Under the pieces are notes generated by a model that saw nothing but the letters and a program-made list of their open reading frames with translations, ran no database searches and was not told the DNA's origin. Source: Malacoraja senta (lineage: Eukaryota). Taken from it: DNA of 64,000 bases. The stretch is from positions 5,458,001 through 5,522,000 of the forward strand of contig CM075990.1 in NCBI GenBank assembly GCA_038087875.1, read 5' to 3'. Both the position numbers and the translations under genes were made by a program. Shown piece by piece: positions 37,893-50,399 of the stretch (positions are counted from its first letter, which is position 1; the number at the start of each line of letters is the position of its first letter).

Positions 37893-38176
37893 GATGGTAC
37901 AGTGGCACAGCTGGTAGAGTTTCTGCCTCACAGCACGTGAGACCTGGGTTCGATCCTGACCTCGGCTGCTGTCTGTGTGGTATTTGCACGTTCTCCCTGT
38001 TTCCTCGGGGAGTTACAGTTTCCTCCCACATCCAAGACGTGTGGGTTTATAGGTTAATTGGGATCTGTAAGTTTCTCCAAGTGTGTAGGGAATGGATGCA
38101 AAGGCGGGGTAACATATGTGGACTCTCGGGCTAAAGGACCTGTATCCATGCTGTATTTCTAAACTAAATCTCTAAA
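37893..38176 (+). mobile_element. HE1-like V-SINE
   Basis: Same consensus. Confidence 0.82.
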
Positions 38177-38886
38177 CAAAATATCCTTCACCCAACCCCT
38201 TATAACAAGCAAGGGGACCAACCCTGGTTCATTGAAGAGTGTCAGGAGTAACATGCCTGCTAGAGGAAGCTATAACACAGGACTATATGAGTGCTAAACC
38301 ACAAGAGCAGTGTGCAATAGTCAGAGCTAAGTAAGCCCACTTGTTGAGATTAATCATCGTGTTTTGCCACATCCAGTCATGAATGATGGCCGACAAGGCT
38401 AAACAACTAATTGAAGGAAAAGGACTCAAAAGCAACAGCTAAGATGTGGGTGTGTAACGTTGAAGAATTTACAATAATCTTCAGCCAGAAGGGCAATGCT
38501 GTTGGTCCATCTCACTCTCCACTTTGTTTTCAAGGCCACTGTGCAGAATGAAGGCTGTATGTGTAGGAAGGAACTGCAGATGTCAGTTTAAACCGAATAT
38601 AAACACAAAAAGCTGGGGTCAGACAGCATCTCTGGAGAAAAGGAATAGGTGACATTTCGGGTCTGAAGAAGGGTCTTGACCCAAAATGTCATCTATACCT
38701 TTTCTCTGGAGATGCTGTCTTGCCCGCTGAGTTACTCCAGCTTTTTGTGTCTATCCACAGAGTGAAGGCTACTGTTCCTGACAAATCGCTGGCGTAGCAT
38801 GGATGATGTGCTCTGGAACTAGCTGTTCTTCGTGCCATGCTCATCCAAAACTATCACCACACTGGCAGCCCAGCATGACAGAACTC

Positions 38887-39018
38887 AGCCTGAAGAAGGG
38901 TCTCAACCAGAAACGTCACCCATTCCTTCTCTCCAGAGATGCTGCCTGTCCTGCTGAGTTACACCAGCATTTTGAGTCTACCTTCGATTTAAACCAGCAT
39001 CTGCAGTTCTTTCCTACA
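38887..39018 (+). mobile_element. Short Penelope pLTR insertion
   Basis: 13-bp TSD CATGACAGAACTC at 38874 and 39019. Confidence 0.85.
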
Positions 39019-41040
39019 CATGACAGAACTCTCATCAGATATGTTCAGTCCACGATAAGCAGGGAAAATCTATTCCAGAAAATCACCGTTGTGTTAGTCA
39101 GCAGGTCTAATTAATTCTGGACCGCACTGAATTGCAGGACCACAGTACAAATGAAAAAAAAAGGAAACTCAGTGGTGGTGAGAGAGTGACTCGTCTTTAT
39201 ATTGAGCAATATTTGACATTATGTGACTCTATCAAAATTGAAGTCAATAGCAAACAGGAAAAAGCTATTACAATGAATCTTTTACCCAGAGTAAATCAAA
39301 ATCAAGAACCAGAAGTCATAGGTTTAAGGTAAGAGGGAAAAACTCTAATAGGAACCAGAGGGGTAACTTTTTCACACAAAGGGAGATGTATTGAGCGGCC
39401 AGTGGAGGTACTATAACAATATTTAAAAGACATTCAGGTCGGTACATGGATAGGAAAGGTTGAGCGGGATATGGGCCAAATGGAGGTTGGTTGGACAAGT
39501 GTAGATGGGGCATCTTGGTCGGCATGCACAAATTGGCCGGAAGGGTTTGTTTCTGTGCTGTATGACTATATGACACTAAACTTTTCAGAAAGAAAAAGTG
39601 GCATGGCTGTTGCAGGACAATCCTCTCATCCCAAGGATCTCACTTCAAGAAAATCTCAGGAGCATCCTGGATCAAATATTGATGGCTGCTCTGCGAAAGA
39701 CTTCCCTTCTCAACTACAAAAGCAGCATGCAATAGTCAGAGCTAAGTAATCCTACATCCAATCATTGGGATCAAACGTCATGTTCTGCCACATCTAGTCA
39801 TGAATGATGGCGTACAACTGAACAACTAAGTAAAGAGAAAATCGGGGAGGTTTACTTAAGATCGCCCAATAGTCAGCATTATTTGCAACTTGTTTTAAGT
39901 GTGTTTAAGTCACATTCTCATTCCTCAAGCATCAAGTAATGATTATGTACAACACGGGAGAGTCCAAGAGTATTGGCATCACCAAATCCCCAGTTGTCTG
40001 TGAAACTTAACTGGGCAGCGAATTGTGGACGCAGCCCAGACCATCACACAACCCAACCTGCCTTTTATTGACATTTATACCTCATGCTGCCTCAGCAAGG
40101 ACAGAAGGATGAGTCGCACCCTGGCTACTCCCTCCTCCCCTCTCCCATCAGGCAAAAGGTATAGAAGTGTGGAAACGCACTCCTCCAGATTCAGGGACAG
40201 TGTCTTCCCAGCTGTATCAGGCAAGTGAATCATCCTCCCACAACCAGAGAGCAGACCTGAACAACTATCTACCTCATCGGTGACCCTCGGACTGTCCTTG
40301 ATCAGACTTTGCTGGCTTTACCCTGCACCAATCGTTATTCCTTTATCATGTATCTATGCACTGTAATGGACGATTGTAATCATGTATTGTCCTTCTGCTG
40401 ACTTAGATAGCAGGCAACACAATCTTTTCACTGTACCTCCATGGTACATGTGACAATAAACTAAACTGAAATTTAAATACTGTGGCAACAGAAGCAGATC
40501 CATTAGAACATTAGAATTAATCACCTTCTGATTCTCCGAAGCCTTTCCTCACCAACAAGGTAAGATTTTGAAGTGTGTTAAAGGAAACTTTAAAACACAA
40601 CACAAAGATTGGGTTACATATTCAAGACGTTAGTAAGAGTATCAAATACAGTGACCACTGGGAGCAATCGAGGAGATTGCTCCCCGAACAATTCATCTAC
40701 TCCTTCTATACTGGATTTCCCTTTGATGCATTGTTTACTGTAACAGGTACTCGAGCATTTGTCCTTCTTCCGAATGGTCTTATAACAATTATAAACCATG
40801 CACCTCGGAAAGGCACAGATCAGTAAACATAGCCCAATGCTACACCATTTACAAATAAGCAAATGTCCCATTACCCTTTCGACCTCATTTTATTGTTTTA
40901 CGACTGCCATTTGTCCTTGAACAACAGAGAACAGAATCTGACTAATGTGGACTGCAGTAATTGTCAGTTACACATGCTCAGTTTCAGCCGTCTTTAAAGC
41001 ACAGAATTGTTCTGACACATGAAGACTTTAAGCATTTTTA

Positions 41041-41371
41041 TGGGCCTGTCCCACTGACGCGACTTTTTCGGCGACTGCCGGCACCCGTCATAGGTCGCCG
41101 AACATTTTCAACATGTTGAAAATTCAGCAGCGACCAGAAAGACGCTACGACTCTTTGGGCGACTGAGGAGACGACTCACGACCATACAGGCGGCACCCTG
41201 GCGACATGTCGCGGGGTGAAGCCTGTGTGGTCGTGAGTAGTCGCCCAAAGAGACGTACCTTGTTCTGGTCGCCGCTGGAGTTTCAACATGTTGAACATTT
41301 TCAGAGACCTGCTGCGACTATGACGGGTGCCGGCAAGTCGCCGAAAAAATCGTGTAAGTGGGTCAGGCCCA
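41041..41371. mobile_element. Harbinger-type MITE, nearly fully palindromic
   Basis: TTA TSD on both sides; TIR TGGGCCTGTCCCACT; symmetry centre GCGACATGTCGC at 41201-41212. Confidence 0.9.
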
Positions 41372-41994
41372 TTAGGCACTCTACCGATCCCCTCTGCAAT
41401 TTATTTTTGACAAGTGTAATATAATATTCCCCACTGGTCCAGATGATTTCTGCTCCAGTCAGAAATAGTCACCCAGACTAGTTGTCATCCCATTCCTGCG
41501 TCATCTGTGACTGTTGTATGTGTTACCTTCATAATGCACGGCAACCACTTCTCAAGACACTTCCCAAATGCATGAACAGTGAGGTTAAGGGCTGCTGGCA
41601 CTGTGTTGCCTCCAAGATACACAACATCCTGACTTGGAAATATATTACCACATAATCAATGCTCAAATTTGTAAAAATCCTTTCCTAACAACCCCGTAGG
41701 AACAAATTCAACACAATTTTTGGGTCAACACGAGAATGTAAACAAACACTGAATCATCAAATCTGGTGTAGACACAAAAAGCTGGAGTGACACAGCAGGA
41801 CAGGGAGAAAGAATGGGTGATGTTTCGGGCCCTTCTCTCCAGAGATGCTGCCTGACACGCTGAGTTACTCCAGCTTTTTGTGTCTATCTTTGGTCTAAAC
41901 CAGCATCTGCTTTTCCTTCCTACTACACATTAAATCTGGTATGTTCAATGGCTGCCCTGACTCAATCCTTAGACTGGGTTAATGACTTAGAGTC

Positions 41995-42420
41995 ATAGAA
42001 ACAAAGAAACATAGAAAATAGGTGCAGGAGTAGGCCATTCAGCCCTTCGAGCCAGCACCGCCATACAATATGATCATGACTGATCATCCAAAATCAATAC
42101 CCCGTTCCTGCTTTTTCCCCATATCCCTTGATTCCTTTAGCCCTAGGAGCTAAATCTAACTCTCTCTTGAAAACATCTAGTGAATTGGCCTCCACTGCCT
42201 TCTGTGGCAGAGAATTCCACAGATTCACAACTCTCAGGGTGAAGATTTTTTTTTTTCCTCATCTCAGTCCTAATTTCTTAAACTGTGACGCCTGGTTCTG
42301 GACTCCCCCAACATCGGGAACATTTTTCCTGCACCTAGCCTGTCCAATCCTTTAAGAATTTTATAGGTTTCTATAAGATCCCCTCTTATCCTTCTAAATT
42401 CCAGTGAATACAAGCCCAGT
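41995..42420 (-). mobile_element. CR1/HER1 LINE 3' fragment
   Basis: Similar to 6578-7010. Confidence 0.88.
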
Positions 42421-42622
42421 CAAACAGGAGTTGAGGGATTGTGAGGGAGTCTAGGGGAATAGGGAAAGTGGGAATGGGACTAACGGGATTGCTCCTTGGA
42501 GCTAGTATAGGGCTCCAAAAAAACACATCAATCTGTCCCCAAATACCTCCCCGCACCATTTTATCTTCATCAAGGTCACTGAACTACAGCTGTTATCCTG
42601 ATCAATCATAATATATTCTCTG

Positions 42623-42716
42623 GTACACAAAAATGCTGGAGAAACTCAGCGGGTGCAGCAGCATCTATGGAGCGAAGGAAATAGGTAACGTTTCGGGCCG
42701 AAACCCTTCTTCAGAC
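42623..42716 (-). mobile_element. 94-bp Penelope pLTR insertion
   Basis: 14-bp TSD TAATATATTCTCTG at 42609 and 42717. Confidence 0.88.
42687..42714 (-). ncRNA. Minimal hammerhead ribozyme core
   Basis: Reverse complement reads CUGAAGA-A-GGGU(UUCG)GCCC-GAAA-CGUU. Confidence 0.55.
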
Positions 42717-44136
42717 TAATATATTCTCTGTTTCCTTCAAGATGTCTTCATCATTCCCCAGAATTTACAAAGATTGCATCTCCTCCATGATTATTAGTAA
42801 AATAACCTCTTATTTCAGAAATTTAAATTTTAAATTTTTAATTTTATTTGATAACTTTTCTTGAACTCTGGAACATAACAGTTTTTGCATTCAAACAAAT
42901 GGGAAAAGCCTTTATGAATTTTTATTTGTGTACGTTAACAAAACCTTTTCCCAGGACACAATAATTTGATTAGATCGGGAATGCTTATAAACCTACTTGA
43001 AAAATAAAACATAATTGGTAAGATTATTTTTGCCCTTTTTAAATTCCGGTTTCTCAAAGACAAATATAAGTGAGTAATTCTTTTCATTAAGTTCTCTCTC
43101 ACTCTCACAATCGAGCCCCCTCTCCTTGCATATTCACAATATTGGGATCTTTGTTCTGAATATAGTCGCTCTCACAATCAAGTCTCTGTCTCGTGACCCA
43201 TTATCAAAGTCCCTGTCGCCCTAAGCCATTCTCTCACACTACCTACTCTCCTCCATTCCATTATTAAGCACCCTTCACTTTAGTGCTGGTGAAGTACAGG
43301 AAATTATGTTAAATTCTGGGAGAGAGGTCAGTCCCTTTCGTAGCAATCGGAATAGAACACAATTTGAATGAATCAATATCTGTTCTTGAATGTTATCTGT
43401 TCTCCACCCTGTTTACATCACACGCAGGTAACTGCAAATCATCTCCGTGAGGCAGGGGACTGGAGCCTGGAGCAGGGATTTTCTGTTTTTAATGCAGGAG
43501 GAACCAGACATAATACTGCTTCCTGGCGATAATGACATTCATCCGTCTCTGGTAACCATTTCAGCTTGAAATTAAATCTTTTTTCAGATAACTGAGTACC
43601 AGTCAGGCATGCCAAGGTCAGCCAGAATATTACACGCCCTCCGTTATCTGCTGCCCGCTTATGATAACACGTCAGAAACAAAGAAACTGTGAAATGGATG
43701 GTAAAAAGAACACTTCATTTTATTTCCCTTTACTTTACCCTTCACTCTGGGTGCTCCTGAACCATTCGCTCAGTGCAGATGGGTTTGCCTTATTTTTGGC
43801 TGATCTTCATGTGTAAGTTGCAGCATATGTTTTGCCATGATAGCCACTCCCTCTGTGTCCCCACTTTAAGTCCATCCCACACTGGTGCCATTTCCTGCAG
43901 GATTAGTAATCAGTAGATATCATGATATCATGATACTGTTCACACCCTCAGAGTATGAAGTCAGTGCTAATTCCCTTCACTAGATGATCATATTTATTAA
44001 TCCACGGACAGACAGCAGCGTAGCATGGGCAGTAGCCAGGACAGAGGGTCTCCACTGTAGCAAGGCTAAATATGTTCAGCCATCAATAGTGAGAGCTTTA
44101 TTGTTTGGCATAGTGTGATCGGGCTCACTCTGGTAA

Positions 44137-44465
44137 AGGCCCTGTCCCACTTTCCCGAGTTACTCACAAACTCTCCCGAGTTTTCCCCTTGATTCGAACT
44201 CGGAGAATTACGGTAATAGCCGTTCGTAGGTACTCGTGGATATTTTTTTAACTCGTGGACATTTTTCAACATGTAGAAAAAACGTCCCGACTTACCTGAT
44301 GCCCCGAGTACCTACGGCTGGCATTACGAGCCACTACGAAACATCTACGGACTCCATCGGGCTCCTACGAGCTCGTTACCGACATTACCTGACATTCCCC
44401 GAGTTCAAATCAAGGGGAAAACGCGGGAGAGTTTGTGAGTAACTCGGGAAAGTGGGACAGGGCCT
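44137..44465. mobile_element. Harbinger-type MITE
   Basis: About 70-bp TIR AGGCCCTGTCCCACTTTCCCGAGTTACTCACAAACTCTCCCG; flanks TAA/TCA. Confidence 0.88.
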
Positions 44466-45829
44466 TCACTGGAATCTCCGAGGGAAAAGGCTGAGCAGAG
44501 AAGGGGAAAACCAAGGGAGCAGTCACGCTGATGGATGTCTAGTTCTGAGGGAACATCTGGTCAAGGGATGGACAACACTGATGCGCCAGTGGAAAGCCCG
44601 AACCGAGGGAGAAGCTGGGCCAGTGGAGGGGCGGCATTTCGGCCCATCGAGTCGGCACCGACCAGCGATCCCCGCTCATCAACTCTATCCTACACATACG
44701 AGGGCAAATTTACACATACACCAAGCCAATTAACCTACATACCTGTACGTCTTTGGAGTGTGGGAGGAAACCGAAGATCTCGGAGAAAACCCATGCGGTT
44801 ATGGGGAGAACATACAAACTCCATACAGACAACACCCATAGTCGGGATCGAACCCGGGTTGTCATGTTTTAAGTCTTGGCCTTCGAACACACGGTCAGAT
44901 GAGCTCTGACAGTAGGCATACAGTAGGGATACAATGTTTGCATTGATTTAGAAACAAGGAACTACAAAAATGGACAGATAGTGCTGCAGCCGCTCGGTGG
45001 GTCAGGCAGTATCTGTAGAGAACATGGGACAGGCAACGTTGGGATGGTTCATTTGCACACTCGGAGGTCAAACTTTACTTTAAGGCAATGGTCCTTCACC
45101 AAACTGCAACACATCACCACCTGACAGTCAGCATCCATGATGAGACCTTGATCAATGTGGATCACTTTTAATATCTTGGGAACCAACTCTTTGGTAGGAC
45201 AGACATTCAGGGTGCACCTCATTCGTACCAGGAAGTTTTCCTCCATATCTTGCCAAAAATGAATCTAGTGCTGAATCACTCATAGATTAGGACAAGAGTA
45301 AACAGATGTGCCAAACAGAGTTCGTCACGTTGGAACATTATCAGCTCAGGACACAAAAGGATATCTGTGCAAAATGCTTTCAAGCAACCAGCTGGCCACT
45401 ATGTACACCATTGCCAGCAATCACTCCAGGACTGCGGGCAAATATTTAACCACCTAAATTAATCACCCAAGATATGCTGTTTTAAAATGCTTTCTTCAAT
45501 TTAACTACATTTCAAATCTTGTCGTCATACATGCTTGGCGCCAATGTCAGTGGCGACTGATGCCGATTTTTTGTGGCCTCTTTACAACTGCTCCTTGTTC
45601 CTCAGTGTGTCAGGATGTTGCCACTACAGAGGCCGGCTAAGGTGTGGGAGCCATGGTTTAGCTCCCCCTCTGCCCATGACACCCAAGCAAGACTCATGCT
45701 GATAAGAAAGTAATTGAAAGTCCGTTGTCCATTGACAAGGGCGGCTGGGGGTTCTCAGAGTGAAGGTGTGGGTCGGATGGCAAGCACGTTGTGGCAGTAG
45801 GGTGGCGCAGCGGTAGAGCTACTGTCTTA

Positions 45830-46427
45830 AGCCGCTGTCCAACTTGGCGGCTTTTTTCGGCGATAGCTGACGCCTGTGTTGCCGTGAGCTGTCTCCGCAA
45901 GTGTCGTAATTTTTTTCTTGTCGCCGCTGGATTTTGAAATGTTCAAAACCTTGCAGCGATTGTGGGCTTGACGTTGCCTGACGTTGCCTGTCGTCTCCTG
46001 TCGTAGGCTGTCGCCAGGATGAAGCCTGGTGACGTACGATGTCGCAAGGTCCTTTTGCGACAACCTGCATCATCATACGTCAACCAGCGACAGCTCCTGC
46101 CTCAAGATACGGATCAAAATGACGTTACTTGTCTTCTGTTGTCTTCAGATGTCGCAGACAGTGTCGTATCTTCCTGTATCGTGTCGCAGGTGGACGTATG
46201 TTGACCTCGGTTGTCGTTGTTTGACGTCTGTGCGGTCGCAGGATGTTGTCACTGTTGTGGTCGTCCCAGGTCCCGGAAAATTGTGACGCCGGATGACGTA
46301 AATTGTCACAGCTTGTTGTCAACTGTGACCTAAATTGTCGCCGCTTGTCGTACATCATGACGGTTTTTCGGCGTCAGTCAATGATGCCGGCAGTCACCGA
46401 AAAATATCGCTAAGTGGGACAGGCCCT
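45830..46427. mobile_element. Harbinger-type MITE inserted in a SINE
   Basis: Degenerate left TIR (GCTGTCCAACTT), right TIR AAGTGGGACAGGCCCT; splits the SINE at its TTA. Confidence 0.8.
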
Positions 46428-46568
46428 ATACAGCGCCAGAGACCCGGGTTCGCTCCTGACCGCGGGTGCTGTCTGTAGGGAGTTTGTACGTTGTCCCCGT
46501 AGCTTGCGTGGGTTTTCTCTGAGGTCTTTGGTTATCGCCCACACTCCAAAGACGTACAGGTTTGTAGT

Positions 46569-46596
46569 CTGAAGAAGGGTTTCGGCCCGAAACGTT
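46569..46596 (+). ncRNA. Minimal hammerhead ribozyme core
   Basis: CUGAAGA-A-GGGU(UUCG)GCCC-GAAA-CGUU. Confidence 0.55.
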
Positions 46597-48160
46597 ACCT
46601 ATTTCCTTCGCTCCATAGATGCTGCTGCACCCGCTGAGTTTCTCCAGCATTTTTGTGTGCCTTCGATTTTCCAGCATCTGCAGTTCCTTCTTTAACAACA
46701 GGTTTGTAGTTTAATTGGCTTGGAATAAAATGTAAAATTGTCCCTTGTGTGTGCAGGATAGCGTTAATGTGCGGGCCGATTGGCCTGTTTCCGCGCAGTA
46801 TCTCTACACTAAAACTAAACGAAAGCTGAGAGAAAGCTCCTCCATTGTTGACGTGTCATCCAGAAGCACTTGGCTCACCAGCTGTAAAATTGCACCGAGC
46901 GCAAATACATCTGACAAAGCATTCCCTTCAGTGGAATTGCGGCTGATAATTCCCAGGCAACTATCAGTGAAGAGAATTTCTAACATCGCCCTGGAAATAA
47001 TCAAAACCTCTCTGGATAATTGGAGCAAACACTGGGTGTCTGGCCAGCGCTGAACATTGAGGCTATACTGCACTCTATTGACACATGGGGCCTGATTTTT
47101 AATTCACGCTTTCCCAGAACATTTACCTAGGATCTACCCTGAATCATTCCCAACCCCATCAGTGCTGCCTATAATTAATTAGCTGTGGCAGACGCTGCCC
47201 GAGACTGATTATTGGTGAATCCCTCATTATAGGCGGTTGCCATATCACGATTTTCACGAAATATCACGAAAAGGGTCCATATCACGATTTTCCACAACTC
47301 GAAGCCACCTCAGCTGCGCATTCATCAAGAAACATGAATTGAAAAACATAAATACATTTTGTGTTGATTTTTTAAACTTTTCCAAATAAATGTCCATGAG
47401 AGTGAATTTTATTCCATATGTCAAACTTTTGGATAGTGATCTGTAAATTCTGCAACAGTGCATCTCCATTACCTGAGTGTGGGGGTCCTTTTGTAGATGA
47501 AGAACAGGGTTCTGCATTAACCATGGATGGTCCATGAGTTGAGGTAATTGTAAGTCGTCCACATGCATTTGGAATGGCGAGCACACTCCTCGTGTCTCGC
47601 CTGACCTGCTAAGGCCTTTCTTGAGGCATTCAGCCATGAGGTGCGGGTTTGCGAAGTTACCACTCACTGCTTTAGCCATCAGTTATTAGCAGAGCCCTCT
47701 CTTAAAGCACCTTTCACATCCTGAAGGTGTCTCCAAGTTCTTCGCAACCAATTAATGAGTTAGATTTTCCGTTTATTACCTCTGTAGCAAATGTCTCTTT
47801 GGCAACCAGAGCACAAACAGCGAGGGCCTTTACTGAATAGTAACCAGTTTGCCCTTGCAGTGCTGTTGGTTGAGTGATGAACATTCACCAAGGTTTCCAA
47901 CCAAAGCAGTAGCCAGGTAGTGCCTGAGATCTTTTACATCCATACAATCGAGCAGACTGAGATAGTTTAACATCTCAAACATGCATAACCAAAGAATATA
48001 TAACTTACTTCATTAAAAAAGCTTTAGAAAGATCATGGAAAACACCACACATAGTTACATTTTATGGAAGGTAGAGAATTTCAAAAGTGCACAATATCAT
48101 TGTAGTCTATAACGGCTGGGACTCACTGTGTTGTATGAAAAAGTCATTGACTTTTCCGCC

Positions 48161-48166
48161 TTTATT
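48161..48166 (-). promoter_or_regulatory. Candidate poly(A) signal of the EF-hand gene
   Basis: AATAAA on the minus strand about 105 nt after the stop codon. Confidence 0.4.
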
Positions 48167-48271
48167 CTCAATGTTACTGAATCTTTCTTGGGAATGGGGA
48201 TTACAGTGTGGGGATAGGATAGAAAGAGGGGGGGGGGGTGAGGGTGAGAGTGTTCTGCACCCAGTTCCGGG

Positions 48272-48523
48272 CTAAGGGATCCTCTTGTCCATGTTGGCTG
48301 CGTCGTACACGGCATCACAGAACGCGTTGTAGTTGACATCGTCGTCCGTGCCAATCTTCACCCGGAACCGTTTCATCAGGACACGGACGTCTCTTGGGCT
48401 GAGCACGTTATCCAGATCCAACTCGGCCAGCACACGGTGGAACTGCGGCTGTGAGACGCTGCCGATCTTCAGGCGGTCAAAGTCTTCGAACAGCGGGAAG
48501 AGCTGGACTCGTTTCTTCCCCAC
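48272..48523 (-). CDS. EF-hand repeat protein, terminal exon: VGKKRVQLFPLFEDFDRLKIGSVSQPQFHRVL...DDVNYNAFCDAVYDAANMDKRIP*
   Basis: Acceptor ttgttggcag|GTG, phase 0. EF-hand pair (FEDFDR..G.V...QF; VNY..F). TAG stop. Confidence 0.88.
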   Translation of the reverse strand: MGKKRVQLFPLFEDFDRLKIGSVSQPQFHRVLAELDLDNVLSPRDVRVLMKRFRVKIGTDDDVNYNAFCDAVYDAANMDKRIP

Positions 48524-48763
48524 CTGCCAACAAGAAACATTTATTGATGCTTATGTGGCGTCACCTGATGGTCAGACCACTTACTGTCGAACCCTCCTCA
48601 GTAGGGTCACGAGGACTGTCACATGACATCATGGGGTTAAGGGGAATGTCCTGCTACATCAGCAGATCTTACCTTGAGATCACCTGTCGACAGGTAGCTA
48701 AGCCCCAGTCAACACCCTCACTAGGCAGCAGCAGCAACAACTCAATATGTTAGAGAGTCCCCA

Positions 48764-48963
48764 NNNNNNNNNNNNNNNNNNNNNNNNNNNNNNNNNNNNN
48801 NNNNNNNNNNNNNNNNNNNNNNNNNNNNNNNNNNNNNNNNNNNNNNNNNNNNNNNNNNNNNNNNNNNNNNNNNNNNNNNNNNNNNNNNNNNNNNNNNNNN
48901 NNNNNNNNNNNNNNNNNNNNNNNNNNNNNNNNNNNNNNNNNNNNNNNNNNNNNNNNNNNNNNN
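48764..48963. other. Assembly gap (200 N)
   Basis: Run of exactly 200 N; looks like a fixed-size placeholder. Confidence 0.99.
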
Positions 48964-50038
48964 GCATCCTACACACTAGGGGCAATTTACTGAAGGCAAT
49001 TAACCTACAAACCTGTACTTTGGAAAGTGGGAGGAAACTGGAGCACACGAATAAAACCCATGCAGTCACAGGGAAACCGTTTAAATTCTGTCTGTATAGA
49101 GCCCATAGTGAGGATCGAACCCGGGTCTCTGGTGCTGTAAGGCAGCAACTCTACCGCTGTGCCACCATGCCCGTGTGCTCCGGGGATGTTGCCTGACCTT
49201 CTGAGTTACTCCAGCACCTTGATGAATTTTTTTAAACCATTCCTTAAACTGGATTATTAAGGGGAATAATGTTATGAGATCATAAGGTCATAAGTGATAG
49301 GAGTAGAATTGGGCCATTCGGTCCATCAAATCTACTCCGCCATTCAATCAGGGCTGATCTCTCTTTCCCTCCTAACCCCATTCTCCTGCCATTTCCCCAT
49401 AACCTCTGACATCGTACTAATCAAGAATCTATCCATCTCTGCCTTAAAAATATCCACTGACGGCCACCACAGCCTTCTATGGCAAAGAATACCACAGATT
49501 CACCACCCTCTGACTAACGAAATTTCTCCTCATCACCTTCCTAAAAGAACGTCCTTTAATTCTGAGGCTATGACGTCTAGTCAGAGACTCTCCCAATAGT
49601 GGAAACATCCTCTCCACATCCACTCTATCCAAGCCTTTCACTATTCTGTATGTTTCACTGAGGTCCCCCCTCATTCTTCTAAATTCATACACATAGCGTA
49701 TGGTTTTAATACAATGTTAATCATAGTTAATTCAAACTATCACAAACATCCCGTGTAAAGATGATAGTTTTCAATGTACGACAATGTCCCAATTTTGTAT
49801 GGAAATTATATGAAAATTTCCAAATTTGCTAACATTTGCCCAAATCAGTCAGCAGCTTCCACGTATCTATAGTTACTGCCCAAGGATTGCTGCGGGGCTG
49901 CTGCCTGCGTTAAGGTGCTGGTTCCCAACTTCCAGCCACTGACCAATATTGGGCTGCGAAGGATTGAAACTGAAGAATTGTAAAAGTTTTAATTCCATGC
50001 TTTCATTCTGTGATTAATCCAAGTAGATAGGGTGGTAA

Positions 50039-50397
50039 AGATGGAGCTGGTGATGGAGCTAGAGGAGCTGGAGATGGAGCTAGAGTTAGAGCTGGAGATG
50101 GAGCTGGAGATGGAGCTAGCGATGGAACTGGAGCTGGAGCTGGAGCTGGAGCTGGAGTTAGAGCTGGAGTTAGAGCTGGAGTTGGAGATGGAGCTGGAGA
50201 TGGAGCTAGAGCTGGAGATGGAGCTGGAGTTAGAGCTGGAGGAGCTGGAGATGGAGTTAGCGCTAGTGCTGGAGATGGAGCTTGTGATGGAGCTGGAGCT
50301 TGAGCTTGAGCTAGAGCTGGAGATTGAGCTGGAGATGGAGCTAGAGCTGGAGATGGAGCTGGTGGTGGAGCTAGAGCTGGAGATGGAGCTAGAGCTA
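50039..50397. repeat. Hexamer repeat (GAGCTG/GAGATG)n, about 60 units
   Basis: Direct observation. Confidence 0.96.
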
Positions 50398-50399
50398 CA

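Larger units (their letters stand above)
37240..41740 (+). mobile_element. Scattered, heavily degraded pieces of an old CR1/L2-type LINE
   Basis: Duplicated block GCAATAGTCAGAGCTAAGTAA...GCCACATC(C/T)AGTCATGAATGATGGC at ~38314 and ~39729, plus other segments I recall from elasmobranch LINE consensus. Boundaries uncertain. Confidence 0.35.
45795..46820 (+). mobile_element. HE1-like V-SINE carrying two nested insertions
   Basis: Head 45795-45829, body 46428-46566, tail 46698-46820. Confidence 0.85.

Noticed and set aside
46804..47073. 89-aa minus-strand ORF in apparently unique sequence
   Set aside because: No recognisable motif or convincing splice sites; runs into a SINE tail.
48580..48700. 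Two GTAAG donor-like sites upstream of the terminal EF-hand exon as the missing exon
   Set aside because: Upstream frames contain stops or lack the expected EF-hand and LEK.P sequence.
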